Shown piece after piece: positions 25,940-37,900 of a DNA stretch of 64,000 nucleotides. The notes under the pieces are model-generated. The model did not search any database. It saw only the letters and a program-made list of their open reading frames with translations, and had not been told where the DNA came from. Every line of letters starts with the position of its first letter. The first letter of the stretch is position 1. The stretch spans positions 7,936,001 to 8,000,000 of the forward strand of contig CP158636.1 in NCBI GenBank assembly GCA_050273025.1, given 5' to 3'. Origin of the DNA: Cenococcum geophilum (taxonomy: Eukaryota). The position numbers and the translations under genes were made by a program.

Positions 25940-26967
25940 TCTATACTAGTTCTTCTATACTAATAATAATAGCCTAAATATTACTAGTAATTAGGTTACC
26001 GTTCTTAATAATATATACCCTATTCCTATAGAGAAAGTCTTAAAAATCCTAAATAATGTTAACATTACTAAGTATTTAGGTGTCAGCGGTCTATCCTATA
26101 AAATCCTCCTTAAAATATTCCCACAGCTATAAATCGGCATAGTGGCTATCTTAGTAGAATAGAATATAGTATAGGAGAAAGCTATTAACTTGTTTTGCGG
26201 TATAAGTTATTATATTAATAGTAAATTCGTCCCAATTTTTATTAATAAGTTTTGCGTATATAGCTACCCTTAGTGGTAAAAAGTCTTTCTAGTTGTTTGT
26301 AGTGACCATAGCTATATTTTCAGCTTGCGGTTATATTATTAGGTATTATAATAAAGATTATAGAGTTATAGAAAGGGAAGTGTTGTTAGTATAGGGATTA
26401 TTATTTAGTACGCGTTTATAATAAGTATTTGCGATTATAGGGCTTAGGACTAGTTCCAGCCTTAAATTATAAAGACTTATAAAGCGTGTTATTTTACATA
26501 ATAGACGCAAGAATCTATAATCTAGAAAAGGCTTAGGACTAGTTCTAGCCTTTTAGATCCTTAGATTTATAAAAGAGTTCTATTTAAGGTTTAGAACTAG
26601 TTCTAACCTTAAAAGACAGCTTCCTCTAGTATAAGTAGCACTGTAGTACTAGTATAGTAGCTCGTCTCTTCTTAGTGGAATACCTAGCTGTTTTGTAGTA
26701 TAACTATTAAGTTAACTACTAATTAGTGTTGGTAATATAAGGTAATATTACGTATCTATAAGTTATAGGTAGTATAATAATTATTATTCTATATTCTTCT
26801 TGCTTAAGAAAGGGTGAAGAGCTTAAGGCTCCTCGCTACGCTAGTGCCGCGGCGACACATAATGGCAACTTGCCTTACGTGACGGCAACTTGCCTTACGT
26901 GACGGCAACTTGCCTTACGTGACGGCAACTTGCCTCGCGTAAGAGTAACTTGCCTATATTTCTAATA
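25940..26967 (-). mobile_element. 5' end (gag start and LTR) of an outer Copia copy into which the Gypsy element inserted
   Basis: Begins abruptly in gag sequence homologous to 18122 onward and 32402 onward. LTR at 26727-26967 (TGTTGG...TTTCTAATA). Confidence 0.8.
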
Positions 26968-27089
26968 GATTCTAAAGGCCTTTTAATAGGATTTTAATTT
27001 TCCTAACTATTCTAATAGGCTTTTAGTAGGAACGCCTCCTCCCTTTAAAGCGACTCCCCCTTATATACGCATGCGATACGTAGTATTAT

Positions 27090-30000
27090 TAGGTCCCCGC
27101 TATATTCCTAATAATCTCTATATATATCTCTACTAAGTATACTCCCTATATACCTAGGTAGCTACCTTATTTTTTACCCTTTCTTTTTTATATCCTTTCT
27201 ACTTAAGGGGGTACTAAAATAGTTACTTATAGAGGACTGTTACTAGAACTAGATAATAACTATTTTAGTAACTAGCCAGTAAATACTATTGTTAGTTACA
27301 CAAGGTAATATCACGTAGCTACGGTTCGTAGATAGTATAATAATTATTGTTCTTATATATCCTAAAGAAAGGGGTAAGGAACTTATAGTTTCTCACCACA
27401 CTAGTGCCGCGGCGGCACGTGACGGCAACTTGCCGTATGTAACGGTAACTTGCTATATATAACGGCAATATACCTTATATAGTGACCCCTTGCCTTTATT
27501 CTTAACACTAACAACTCTTTTTTTATGGTTGCCATCTATATATATATACCACTTAACTAGCAGAATAAATATTAATCCTCCTTATTTACTATTGCCATTA
27601 TAATATAAGTCTCGCTGTCCCAAAATTTCCCTTTTAGCACGTAGTGCTTTCTTACTTAGGAGTTATAGGTAGGTATCTTATTTAGAGGGCCGCTAAGGCG
27701 CTAGTAGTAAGCGAGCTAATAGCGATTTTCTATCTCGGGGATAGAAAATCCTAATTGGCTGGTTTAAGTTAGGGTCTGCCCCTTTAAAAAGGTCTTGGCA
27801 AGAGAATCTAACTAATTAAACAACTTTAACCGCCGGTTGAAGTTCCTAGATATCTTAAGACCTTATATAACTAAGAAATTTCTAGGGACTCCCTTTTAAC
27901 CCAACCTTTAACTTATATATATAGAGTATTTATGTTAATAAACGTCTCTAGTGCCTTATTTGGGTTTGCCTTTGTTATTATATCTACTGGGTTATCTTAG
28001 CTATTAATTTATTAAATCTTAAAGAGTTCTTAACGCTTATAGGATTGCTAAAGTACTATAATATTAATTATAAGGCGCTTTTCCTTTATAGTACCGAGCT
28101 TAACTAGATATTTATAGAGGGAATATAAGTTAGTGTATATAATTATAGGGATAATAGGAAGTTTAAGTTAATCTATAATTATCTTTAGGGTAGTTCTAAT
28201 TGCAATTGCTATATTAACTCCGCCAACTATTTTATATATCTCTAACGCTAAAATACTTTGGGTAATACGCTTGCTCTTAGTTAAGCTCTAATAAATAAAA
28301 TTACTATAGATTATAAAGTTATTCTCTTTAGTAAATTTGTTTATAATAATAATCTTATATCCTAACTAGGAGCTAAAATCTTTATTGTTTATAAATAATC
28401 TATTAATAAATATAAAGAGCTTAGCGGTAGGAAGATTAATAGGCACATAGAGTAGTCCCCAATTAAGATGGTTTATTTACCAGGAAAGACGTTTATTTAG
28501 GGCAAGAACGTCATTCTTAGTTAGTTTCTGGTGTTAGGCGGCAACAGAGAGATTAAATAAAGCCTTAGGTTAATAAATAGAAGTAATATAAGCTTTATAA
28601 GCGCGTTACTCCACATATCCTTACTTTAGGGAATTTACGTTAATAATGTCGATATTCTTACTTTAACCCTTCTGGCGTAAAGTAATAGAATCCTTATTTA
28701 GGGAGAGGATGCATCTATTAAAAGTAATAGTATTATTAAATTAAGCTTTTCCTTTAGCTTTGCTATAAGATTTGCCTTTACTAGCTTATCCTCTTTAAGA
28801 GCTAAGAATTAGTCGTCTCCTAAGATAATTATATTATTAGTTTATATACTAATAATTCTAAATAGGGTTCCTGTAGTTATAATAAGGAAGCAAGGATTAA
28901 ATATAGAAGTAGTTATTAAAAGCTTCTCTTTATAGTGCTTACTGTAGGTAGCCTACTAGTAAGTTCCTGCCTCTGTAATTTTATATAATGGCTTAAGCAT
29001 AACTATAATTATATCTTTAGGATACTAGTGGCGAATTTACTCCGGGAGGTATGCCAATATTAAGCGCTAAAGGTGCGTCTTTAATTAGGTGTAGGCTTAG
29101 GTAATATCTTATAAATAAACCGCCATTCTATTTTTTATTAAGGAGGGAGCTAATATAATAATAACTCGCTAACTAGCTTGTTAAATTGTAAGAGATTATA
29201 TAAGAATTACCTCTTTGCTATTATTATTATAACCTTAAATAATAAGCCTTAATTTCTTAAATGGGGCGTTAGTAGCTTTACCCTTAATCTTATTAACCAT
29301 TCTTAACTTAAAGATGCGAACTCTACCAAATTTGGTAAGGTTATACTTTTTAAATTTAAAGACTCTTCTTATAATAAGACCATCGATCTCCTACTTATTA
29401 GATGCTTAAAAAGGAGCTCCTAAAGTTATAATACAACCTTCCTTTTAGAGCTATTTTACGAGCTTAAAGTTAGCCTTCTCTTTGGCTGTTATAAAGGCCA
29501 TTAATAACTTAACTCTATTCTTAATAGCGGCAACAAATTGTTCTTTAAAATTAATAAGGTGTTAGCAATTTTGTAATCCCTTTAGGCGACCTCTACTATG
29601 TCGTGGTTATAGCGTATCTACTATAATTATATTAGGATTGTAGTCGCCTTCTAGAGTATATTAATCGTAGTTCTCCTCTAGGGTATCTTCTAGGGTATCC
29701 TGCAAAGGCTTAGAATTATTATCTTTGTAATAAGGCTTAATAATAGTTAAACGGAATTAAGTGGGTCTATAAGGCATCTAAATAGTATAAGTTTAACTAT
29801 TAATTATAATAAGTTAGTGTAGGCCTAACTATCCTCCCTTTTTACGCTATACGCGTACTTTAGACTAGAGTAGTAGGTCAAGCGTAGTTAATGTATTTGG
29901 GCTATTTCTTATTCCTAGTGCGTTATTAACCTAGCGTATAGCGTAGAGACGTTGCACCTCCTTTATTGCCTTGTAAATAGCCTTAGCTCGTTATATAATA

Positions 30001-33000
30001 AAGGGAGATAGTAAAGAATTGTTAGTTATTTAAGGGTAGGCGCTAAAGACTAGCAATATAGGTATAAGTCTATTTAGGCCAGCGGAATTGTTAATAGTTT
30101 TAATAGCTATTTATAAGGTAAGTTCTTTGCTAGCGTCCTTTAGTTCTAAAGAGATAATCTTATATATACGGCGTAATAGCGCGTAATATTGCTCTACTTT
30201 TCTAATGCTATTATATACCTTAATAGGGACTTCCTTAACCTTAATTGCTATTGCCTTTATCTGTTATTAGAACTCTATAGATAAGAAGTTCTTTCCTATA
30301 TTATAGACAATTTAATTAGGGGGTTCTAGGTAGATATTAATCTAGTATAATTAAAGGGTATCCTATATGTTCCTAGCTAATATATCCTTTAAGAATCGTG
30401 CGGCTTAGAAGAAGGTTAAGAAGTTAATAACTTAGAGTACTGGCTTGCCGCTAAGATATATAACGTTAATAATAATATAAAAGTTAAAGTTGTAGTTATC
30501 CTTAAGGGTAAACTTAAATTAGCTAGGGGACTTTTGGTTTATTTGGTAGTAATAGCAGTACTTTATAAAATACTTAATTGCCTTAACCTTAACTTTATGG
30601 CCTGCTTATTAAAGAACCCTAAGCAATTAATAAACGGATGGGTGGCTAAAACGATAGTGTAGTTAACGTAACTCTAACTTAGTTAAATAGCTCTAAGCAA
30701 TACTTTTTTCTAATTGTTAAAGGAGTAGCTAAGGGTAACCCTACTTACGTATAATAGGCACCCGATTATCTTTCTATATAAGTATATTCTTGAGGTTGTT
30801 AAGCTTAATACCTAATTTATTTATATTCCTAATGCAGAATAGAAATGGAGTATTTATAGGAATAACGTGGAACGTAATATATCCTAAGGGGGTTTAGACC
30901 CTAATTGTGCCAAGAGAGATTGCGGTACCCTTGCTAAAACGTATTATATATTAGCCTGCCATTAATTAGTTAATCTAGATAGAAGTATTAAGTTGTTAAA
31001 GAGCTTAAACTTAAGGTTCTCCTACTATAGATACTTCTGCGGCTCTAGTATCTGGTATAATACTATAAAAGATATTCGCTAAGTATTTATTATTAAAGGA
31101 GAACGCGGAGCTCTCCTTTGGCTTATTAAAGATATTTAACTTTATAATAGAATAGAGCGTAGATTAGTTATTAAGAATAGTAATAGTTTATATACTATTT
31201 ACCTTACTATACTTAGTAAAGTATTGGTTGGGTAAGTAGTCCTTAATTTCTATATCTATAAGGAGTTATTCGGTCTTATTAACCTTACCCTTAAGATCTT
31301 TTACGCCTTTATATTAAACTAGGAAGCTTTAAAAGTAGGCCGTATTAACCTTATAATTTTTAACGTTTCTTATACTTTAACGGAACTTATTATATACCTC
31401 TTTTCGCTTATTAAGGGAGTGTTTAGTTAACTAGTAATTTAGCTTCTTATAAACGTAGCACTTTTTCTAGCAATTACTTCGAAATAAACCTCTATGAGGA
31501 CCTCTATAATTACCTTATAGTTAATATTAATTATACCCTCTTCTATATTCCCTACTACGGCCACTATATATTTAATTAGTCTAGTTGTAATTATATTGGT
31601 CGGGAGTACTTAGTTAGGTAGGGTTTTTGGTATAAAGCTGTTGAGATTCTTATGTTTGTATTATAGTACCTATAGTAGAGCGTAGCTTAGTATATACTCC
31701 TTTAAACGTATCTATAGGTTTATATAGCGCTAAGTTATACTTAGGAACGCTATAGCATGCTAAGATAACCTAGTCCCTTAGGCTGTTTTTGTTTTAGTAA
31801 GTTTTGGTAAGGCCACGTTAGATTTTCTAGAGTTTATTAAAGAGTAGTTAAAGGCACTCTAAATAAGTCTTTGTTAGGTTAGAAGTAATAACTCTTTAAA
31901 ATATAGTCTCCCGCTATTTAGATATATAAAGTTGGCGATTTTTATTAGTCTTAAAGTGGGCTCTAGTGAGCTAAAGTATTATATTAAAGTTATAGTTTTT
32001 ACCCGTAATATAGTCGTAATAGAATATTACTGCTTATCCCTTTATCATAATAGAGAAAGCGTAATGGTACTAATGGCGTTAAATTTTAACCTTATTGTAA
32101 TAGTTATAAAAGACCTATAGTTTTACTCTAAGTATATTATATAGTTCTCCTTTAAATTTTTTCTCTTCGTCCGAATATACCTTTATTAGATTTATAACTT
32201 CTTATAGTAAAGGCTTACTAGTTAGCTAGAGTGGAGAAAGTAGAGGCGGAGCAACTCTAAGTGGGTAAGTACCTCTAGGTGGGAAAGTAGCTTTAGGTAG
32301 GAGGTTAGCGTTCTAGGGGTTTTAATATAAATTAAAGTTGCCTTCTAAAGAATATAGGTTGTTTTTAGGTTTCTATAGTTAATGTATAATCTTAGCTTCC
32401 GTCTATATTAGTTCTTCCATACTAATAATAACGGCCTAAATATTGCTAGCAATTAGGTTACCGTTTTTAGTAATATATACCCTATTCCTATAAAGGAAGT
32501 CTTAAAAATCCTAAACAATATTAATGTTACTAAGTGCCTATATATTAGCAGTCTATCCTATAAAATCCTCCCTAAAATACTCCTATAGTTGTAAATCGGC
32601 ATAATATCTATTTTAATAGAATATAATATGGTGTAGGAGAAAGCCGTTAACTTATTTTACGGTATAAGTTATTATATTAAAGGCGAAATTGTCCTAATCT
32701 TTATTAATAAGTTTCGCGTGCTTAGCTACCTTTAGTAGTAAAGAGTCTTTCTAGTTATTTAAAGTAGGCGTAGCTATGTTTTCGGAGGGAGGGAAGTATT
32801 ATTGATATAGGGATTGTTATTTAGTACGCGTTTATAATGTGTATTTATTATTTAGTACGCGTTTATAACGTGTATTTACGATTATAGGGCTTAGGACTAG
32901 TTCTAGCCTTAAATTATAAAGACTTATAAAGCGTGTTGTTCTACGTAATAGACGCAAGAATCCGTAATCTTAGAAAGGCTTAGGACTAGTTCTAGCCTTT

Positions 33001-33700
33001 AGATCCTTAGATTTATAAAAGAGTTTTATTTAAGATTTAGGACCAGTTCTAACCTTAAAAGATAGCTTCCTCTAGCATAAGTAGCACTGGTATAGTGGCT
33101 TATCTCTTCTTAGTGGAATACCTAGCTGCTCTATAGTATAACAGTAAAGTTAACTACTAATTAGTATTGGTTATATAAGGTAATATCACGTAGCTACGGT
33201 TCGTAGATAGTATAATAGTTGTTATTCTTATATATCCTAAAGAAAGGGGTAAGGAACTTATGGTTCCTCACCACGCTAGTACCGCGGCGGCACGTGACGG
33301 CAACTTGCCGCACGTAACGGCAACTTGCTATATATGACGGCAATATACCTTATATGGTGACCCTTTGCCTTTATTCCCAACAACTATAAACAATTAAATC
33401 GATTAATTAAATTGAACTAAAGTCTTAATATTAGCCTATTACCGAATCGAATTAAATTAAGGCCTAAGGAGATACCTTAGATAATACCGTTTAAATATAT
33501 AGCTAGTGAATGCCTATAGAGATCGATTTAAATTAATATAATTAATCGATTAATCGAATTAATTAGAGCCTTTAATTGAACTGACCTCTCCTATAAATTA
33601 AATTAGACACTATAAGTAGTTATAGGTAAGTAGATAGGTAGGTAGATAAGCGGTAAAAATAGGTAAGCACTAGGCCTAGGGAGGTAGTAGATCTAGCTAC
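27090..33700. mobile_element. Heavily RIP-mutated remnant of the A/B repeat core, split by Copia copy 3
   Basis: 27090-27289 matches 23855-24000 (GGTCCCCGCTATATTCC...). The sequence continues after the Copia at 33388 with a decayed GATCGATCG motif and an (AGGT)-like tract. Confidence 0.65.
27290..33382 (-). mobile_element. Ty1/Copia copy 3, full length (6093 bp), RIP-inactivated, no nested insertions
   Basis: 218-bp LTRs at 27290-27507 and 33165-33382. TSD ACTAT on both sides. Colinear with copy 2. Confidence 0.93.
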
Positions 33701-33999
33701 TACGGATATTTATAGACATTAGCTTTTTAGAATATAATTAAACTAGTTATATATATATATTTTTTTAGAATATTTTAAAGTACTATAGGCCCTAATAATT
33801 CTAATAGTCTAAGTATGCTCCTAATAGGTTCCTAAAAAAAAAGCTAAGTATAAGTATCTTTTAAAGATCCTAATAGTCCTAATAGAAGCTATTAGGAGTC
33901 TATTAGAACTATTAGGAGTTATAATTAATTTACTAATTTTTATAATTTTTATAAAGCTCTAGATTCTAGACTATTGCATATTTAATTATATTTCTCTCT

Positions 34000-34367
34000 T
34001 ATAACAAAGCCTTATAATAAATACTATAATAGAGTTATTAATAGGCTAGGTATATAGGTAAATATAATAATAAAATCTAACTATGGAGTAGGTGCCTAAT
34101 ATATTAACTCTAATTAATTCTAAGATTTGCTACGAAGAGAGAACTATCTAAAGTAGGGATTATAGTCCTTTAAATATATAACCATACTCCTAAGAAACTC
34201 TCTTTTATATATAAGGTATGTAATAGAGCTTATTATATAATCTTAGTTACTATTCTTTATTATATAGTTTTACTTATTCTATCCTAGACTATGCTTTTAT
34301 TAACTACTTAGCTAATTCTAACTCTTCTCCTAGTAGTCGTAATATTGTACTTATAGGGTTTGTAATA
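34000..34367 (-). mobile_element. Solo LTR related to the Gypsy LTR at 25516-25939
   Basis: Reverse-complement similarity at both ends; 5-bp TSD TCTCT at 33995-99 and 34368-72. Confidence 0.75.
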
Positions 34368-34396
34368 TCTCTCCTATTTTATATACGGCTGCTATT

Positions 34397-34490
34397 ATAA
34401 GGTAAGGATATGGATAGGGAGTCCAATAATAGAACAATAGGGTATATTGTATAGATAGACAAATCCTTAGGGGAAAAGAAGGAGACTTAT
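34397..34490. repeat. Truncated LTR fragment of the 34927-40947 element family
   Basis: AAGGTAAGGATATGGATAGGGAGTCCAATAATAGAACAATAGGG matches the LTR start at 34927 and 38714. Confidence 0.7.
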
Positions 34491-34926
34491 ATAATATAAG
34501 TCGGTAGTTTAGGATTTGTGGATATAGAGCTTCTAAAACGGCCTTAATATCTAAAAGAGTTAATTTTAGAAGGGCCCTTTATCTAAAAGAGCCGATCCTA
34601 AAAGGGCTGCGATCTTAAGAGAAGTAATTATTCTATTTTGCGGCACTGTAAAACTTCTGTATATATATTTGGAGTAGGATAAATACTTATAGAAGAGAGG
34701 CTTTTAGGAGCTCTATTCTGCTAGGATATATAGGGCGTTTAGAAGTAAAACTTTTAAAAGCTTAGAAATCCTAAGATACTTACTACCGCCCTCCTTATAT
34801 AACCAATTTTTCTAGGATTATATATCTCCTAAAACTAGCTCTTTTAGAAAGTATATTCTTTTAGAAGCTCTAAGCCCTAATATAAGATACTATAGTACGT
34901 ATATAAATATAAATATAATTTATTGC

Positions 34927-37900
34927 TATGAGGTGAGGATGTGGATAGGGAGTTTAATGATAGAACAATAGGGTATATTATATAGTAGACAAATCCTTAA
35001 GGGAGAAGGAGGAGTCTGAGGTGCGAGGTAAGGAAGGGGTTTCCCTAGGGGTACGTGCTCTATACGTGCCTTATAGGCGAGTTGTATACAAGTCGCCTAT
35101 ACCTCGCAACTATATAACTATATACTTAGGTTTTCACCTAACAATGCCCCCCCCTTTAAAAAGGGTTGTCCCCAATCCTTTATATGCTTAGGCCTTAATA
35201 AAACCCTATAAAAACCTTTAGAAGGAAAAAATTAGAAGGGAAAGAGTGTCCTAATTTTGCGTATAGAGAGATAGGTGGTATACTTACGCAGCGCAAAGAT
35301 GTTAAGGAACTTCGACCGTTAGTTAAAGTTATCTAATTGGTCAGATTTGGCTTGCTAAGACTTCCCTGCATTTTACTAAGCTAATAGCGATTTTGTATAC
35401 CCGGTATGGAAAATCCTAATTAGTCTATTTAACAGGTAGAGCTAGTAGCTTAATCCTGTTGCCTAAATTTAGTAGATATATTCTAAAAGTTTGCTTATAT
35501 AGGTAGGTCGCTAATACCTCGCGGGTAGGTTGTAGGTTATTTACATATAGCCAGATTTAGGACGGTAAAGCTATATGCCTATTAGATCCGCCGCTGACCC
35601 TACTTTAGCCTTACGCTATACTAGTATAGCGCCGTATATACTTTATAAGTAGGTTATAGGTTACTTATATACGGCCAGATTTAGGACGGTAAGGCTATAT
35701 ACCCGTTAAACCCGCCGCTAACCCTTGCTTTAGCCTTGCGCGTTATCTATATAGCATATACGTAAAATAGTATATAAGTTGTTTATATAGGTTACTACTA
35801 GCAGGTTACTAGTAGGTTATAGACCTTAGTTAAAGGACCCTAGTTATAGGCGGGTGTAGGATAATATAAGTCGTTAGTATAGGTTACTACTAGTAGGTCA
35901 CTAGTAGGTTAAAAACCCTAGTTAAAGGACCTCGGTTATAGACGGACCTATTTAGTATAAGTTATTAGTATAGGTCACTACTAGTAGGTCACTAGCGGGT
36001 TATAAACCCTAGTTAAAGGACCCTAGTCTTAGATAGACCTATTACCTAATATATAAACAGTCTATAAAGGTAATATAGAGTGACGGACTAGGTCTAGGCC
36101 TAGGAGAGTACTTTTTAATTACTTAGGGGTTACTAGCGGTGCGCTGTAGCCTTGCCTACGAGTCGCCTATAAGTCGCTAGGTTGCGGTAAAGTGTGGCTT
36201 ATATAGGATATTAATAAATTAAGCTTCACCCCGTATATATACCGCAACTCTTACTATAAGCGTTAGCTTATTCCTTAATCCCTTAGAATATCCTCTACCT
36301 TTCTTTAATATAGGCTGTGTCTTAGCAGTAGTAGCGCTTGCCTTTCGCTTACGCTTTAGCTATAAGGCTAGGTAGTAGTATACTAGCTTTATAAAACGGT
36401 CTATAAGGATAAAGAGGTGTCTTAAACTTAGGGAGATCTATAATAGAGTTAAGTAAGTAATACCACTAGGCTTATATAGGGGCCTTAAGGGCTATAGCTT
36501 ACTATAAGGTATATAGCGGTGCGATTTAAGCGTTAGTAGGTATTATAGTACCTAGGTATTTATGGAGGTCCTTAGTAAGGCCAGACCTTATTATACCTTA
36601 GGAGTCTTTAAGTATTACTAGCAGGAACTCGCCTTTAGGTGGTCGCGTGTGGAGCGTATAAAGGCGTCCCTTATACTTTATAGATGGATTAGTAACTTAG
36701 GGGTGTTCTATAAGCCGTTTCGGCTAAGGTAGCTACTACTACTACTTACTATAGTACGAGGCTTTACGCAAAGCCAGTACTAATAAGGTAACTTATAGGG
36801 TTGTTACAAGGGACCGTCTCCTAGGCTAAGGGTCTAGCGCTATTAGGTTAGTTAAAGTTTTAATAAGAATAATAGGACACTCTAGTCTGCCGGCGCTAGG
36901 TTATTAGTATAGTAGCACTAGGACCGCCTATAAGGTCTATAACCCGCAACTTTTATATAGCGTTAAGGGTTAATTTAGTACCTATTATTATATTAAGTAT
37001 ATAGGCGGACTTCGCCCTAGGGCGTATTTATTGTAATATATACTACAATACGTTCCTTTTCTCCCTATATAGCGTCGGGTCATAATACGCCTGCGTAAGG
37101 TATACGTTTAGGGGTATACGGTATCCAAATCTAACATTAGGTCGCGATGTCCTACGTATAATATATATTTAGGGTATATAGTATCCTAGTCTTAGCATCT
37201 AACGTTAGGTTATAATATCCTACACATAATATACGTTTAGGGTATACGGTATCCTAGTCTTAGTATTTAACGTTAGGTTGTAATATCCTGCGTATAATAT
37301 ACGTTTAGGGTATACGTTATCCTAGTCTTATATAGTATCTAGCACACTTACTAGATACTCTACGTAAAACAATATATAAGCTATTAGTATAGGTTACTAC
37401 TAGTAGGTTACCAGTGGGTTACTAGTAGGTTATAGACCCTAGTTAAAGGACCTTAGTTATAGACGGACCTGCTACCTAATAGTTAGACATTATTTATAGC
37501 GGTTTGCCGCTAGTATTCTTTACGGTTACTACCTATATTTATCTTATAATATATAGGCGTATTACCGGCATCTAGAGGATCCTCTAAGCTATCCGGCTAT
37601 TAAGTAGTCTCCCCTAGAGCTTAGTTAGGAAAGCGTCGCCTTCCTAGGGTTCCGTCCTCTAAACCTAACCCTACGGAGCCTATATTATAACCACGCTTCA
37701 AATATAAGGGTCTGCCGCTGCTAGCTACGCGGTCTTCTACGAGCTTTATAGTATAGAGCAGTTACTCTATATAGCGGATTTCTATAAAGAGGTCTTTAGC
37801 GGTTTTTACCCGTATAGCAAAGTTCTAGCGGAAGAGCTCTGCTTATAGGTAGGTTAGGAGGCACAAGAACTAAAAGTCTATCTCTTAATTAGGGTCGATA

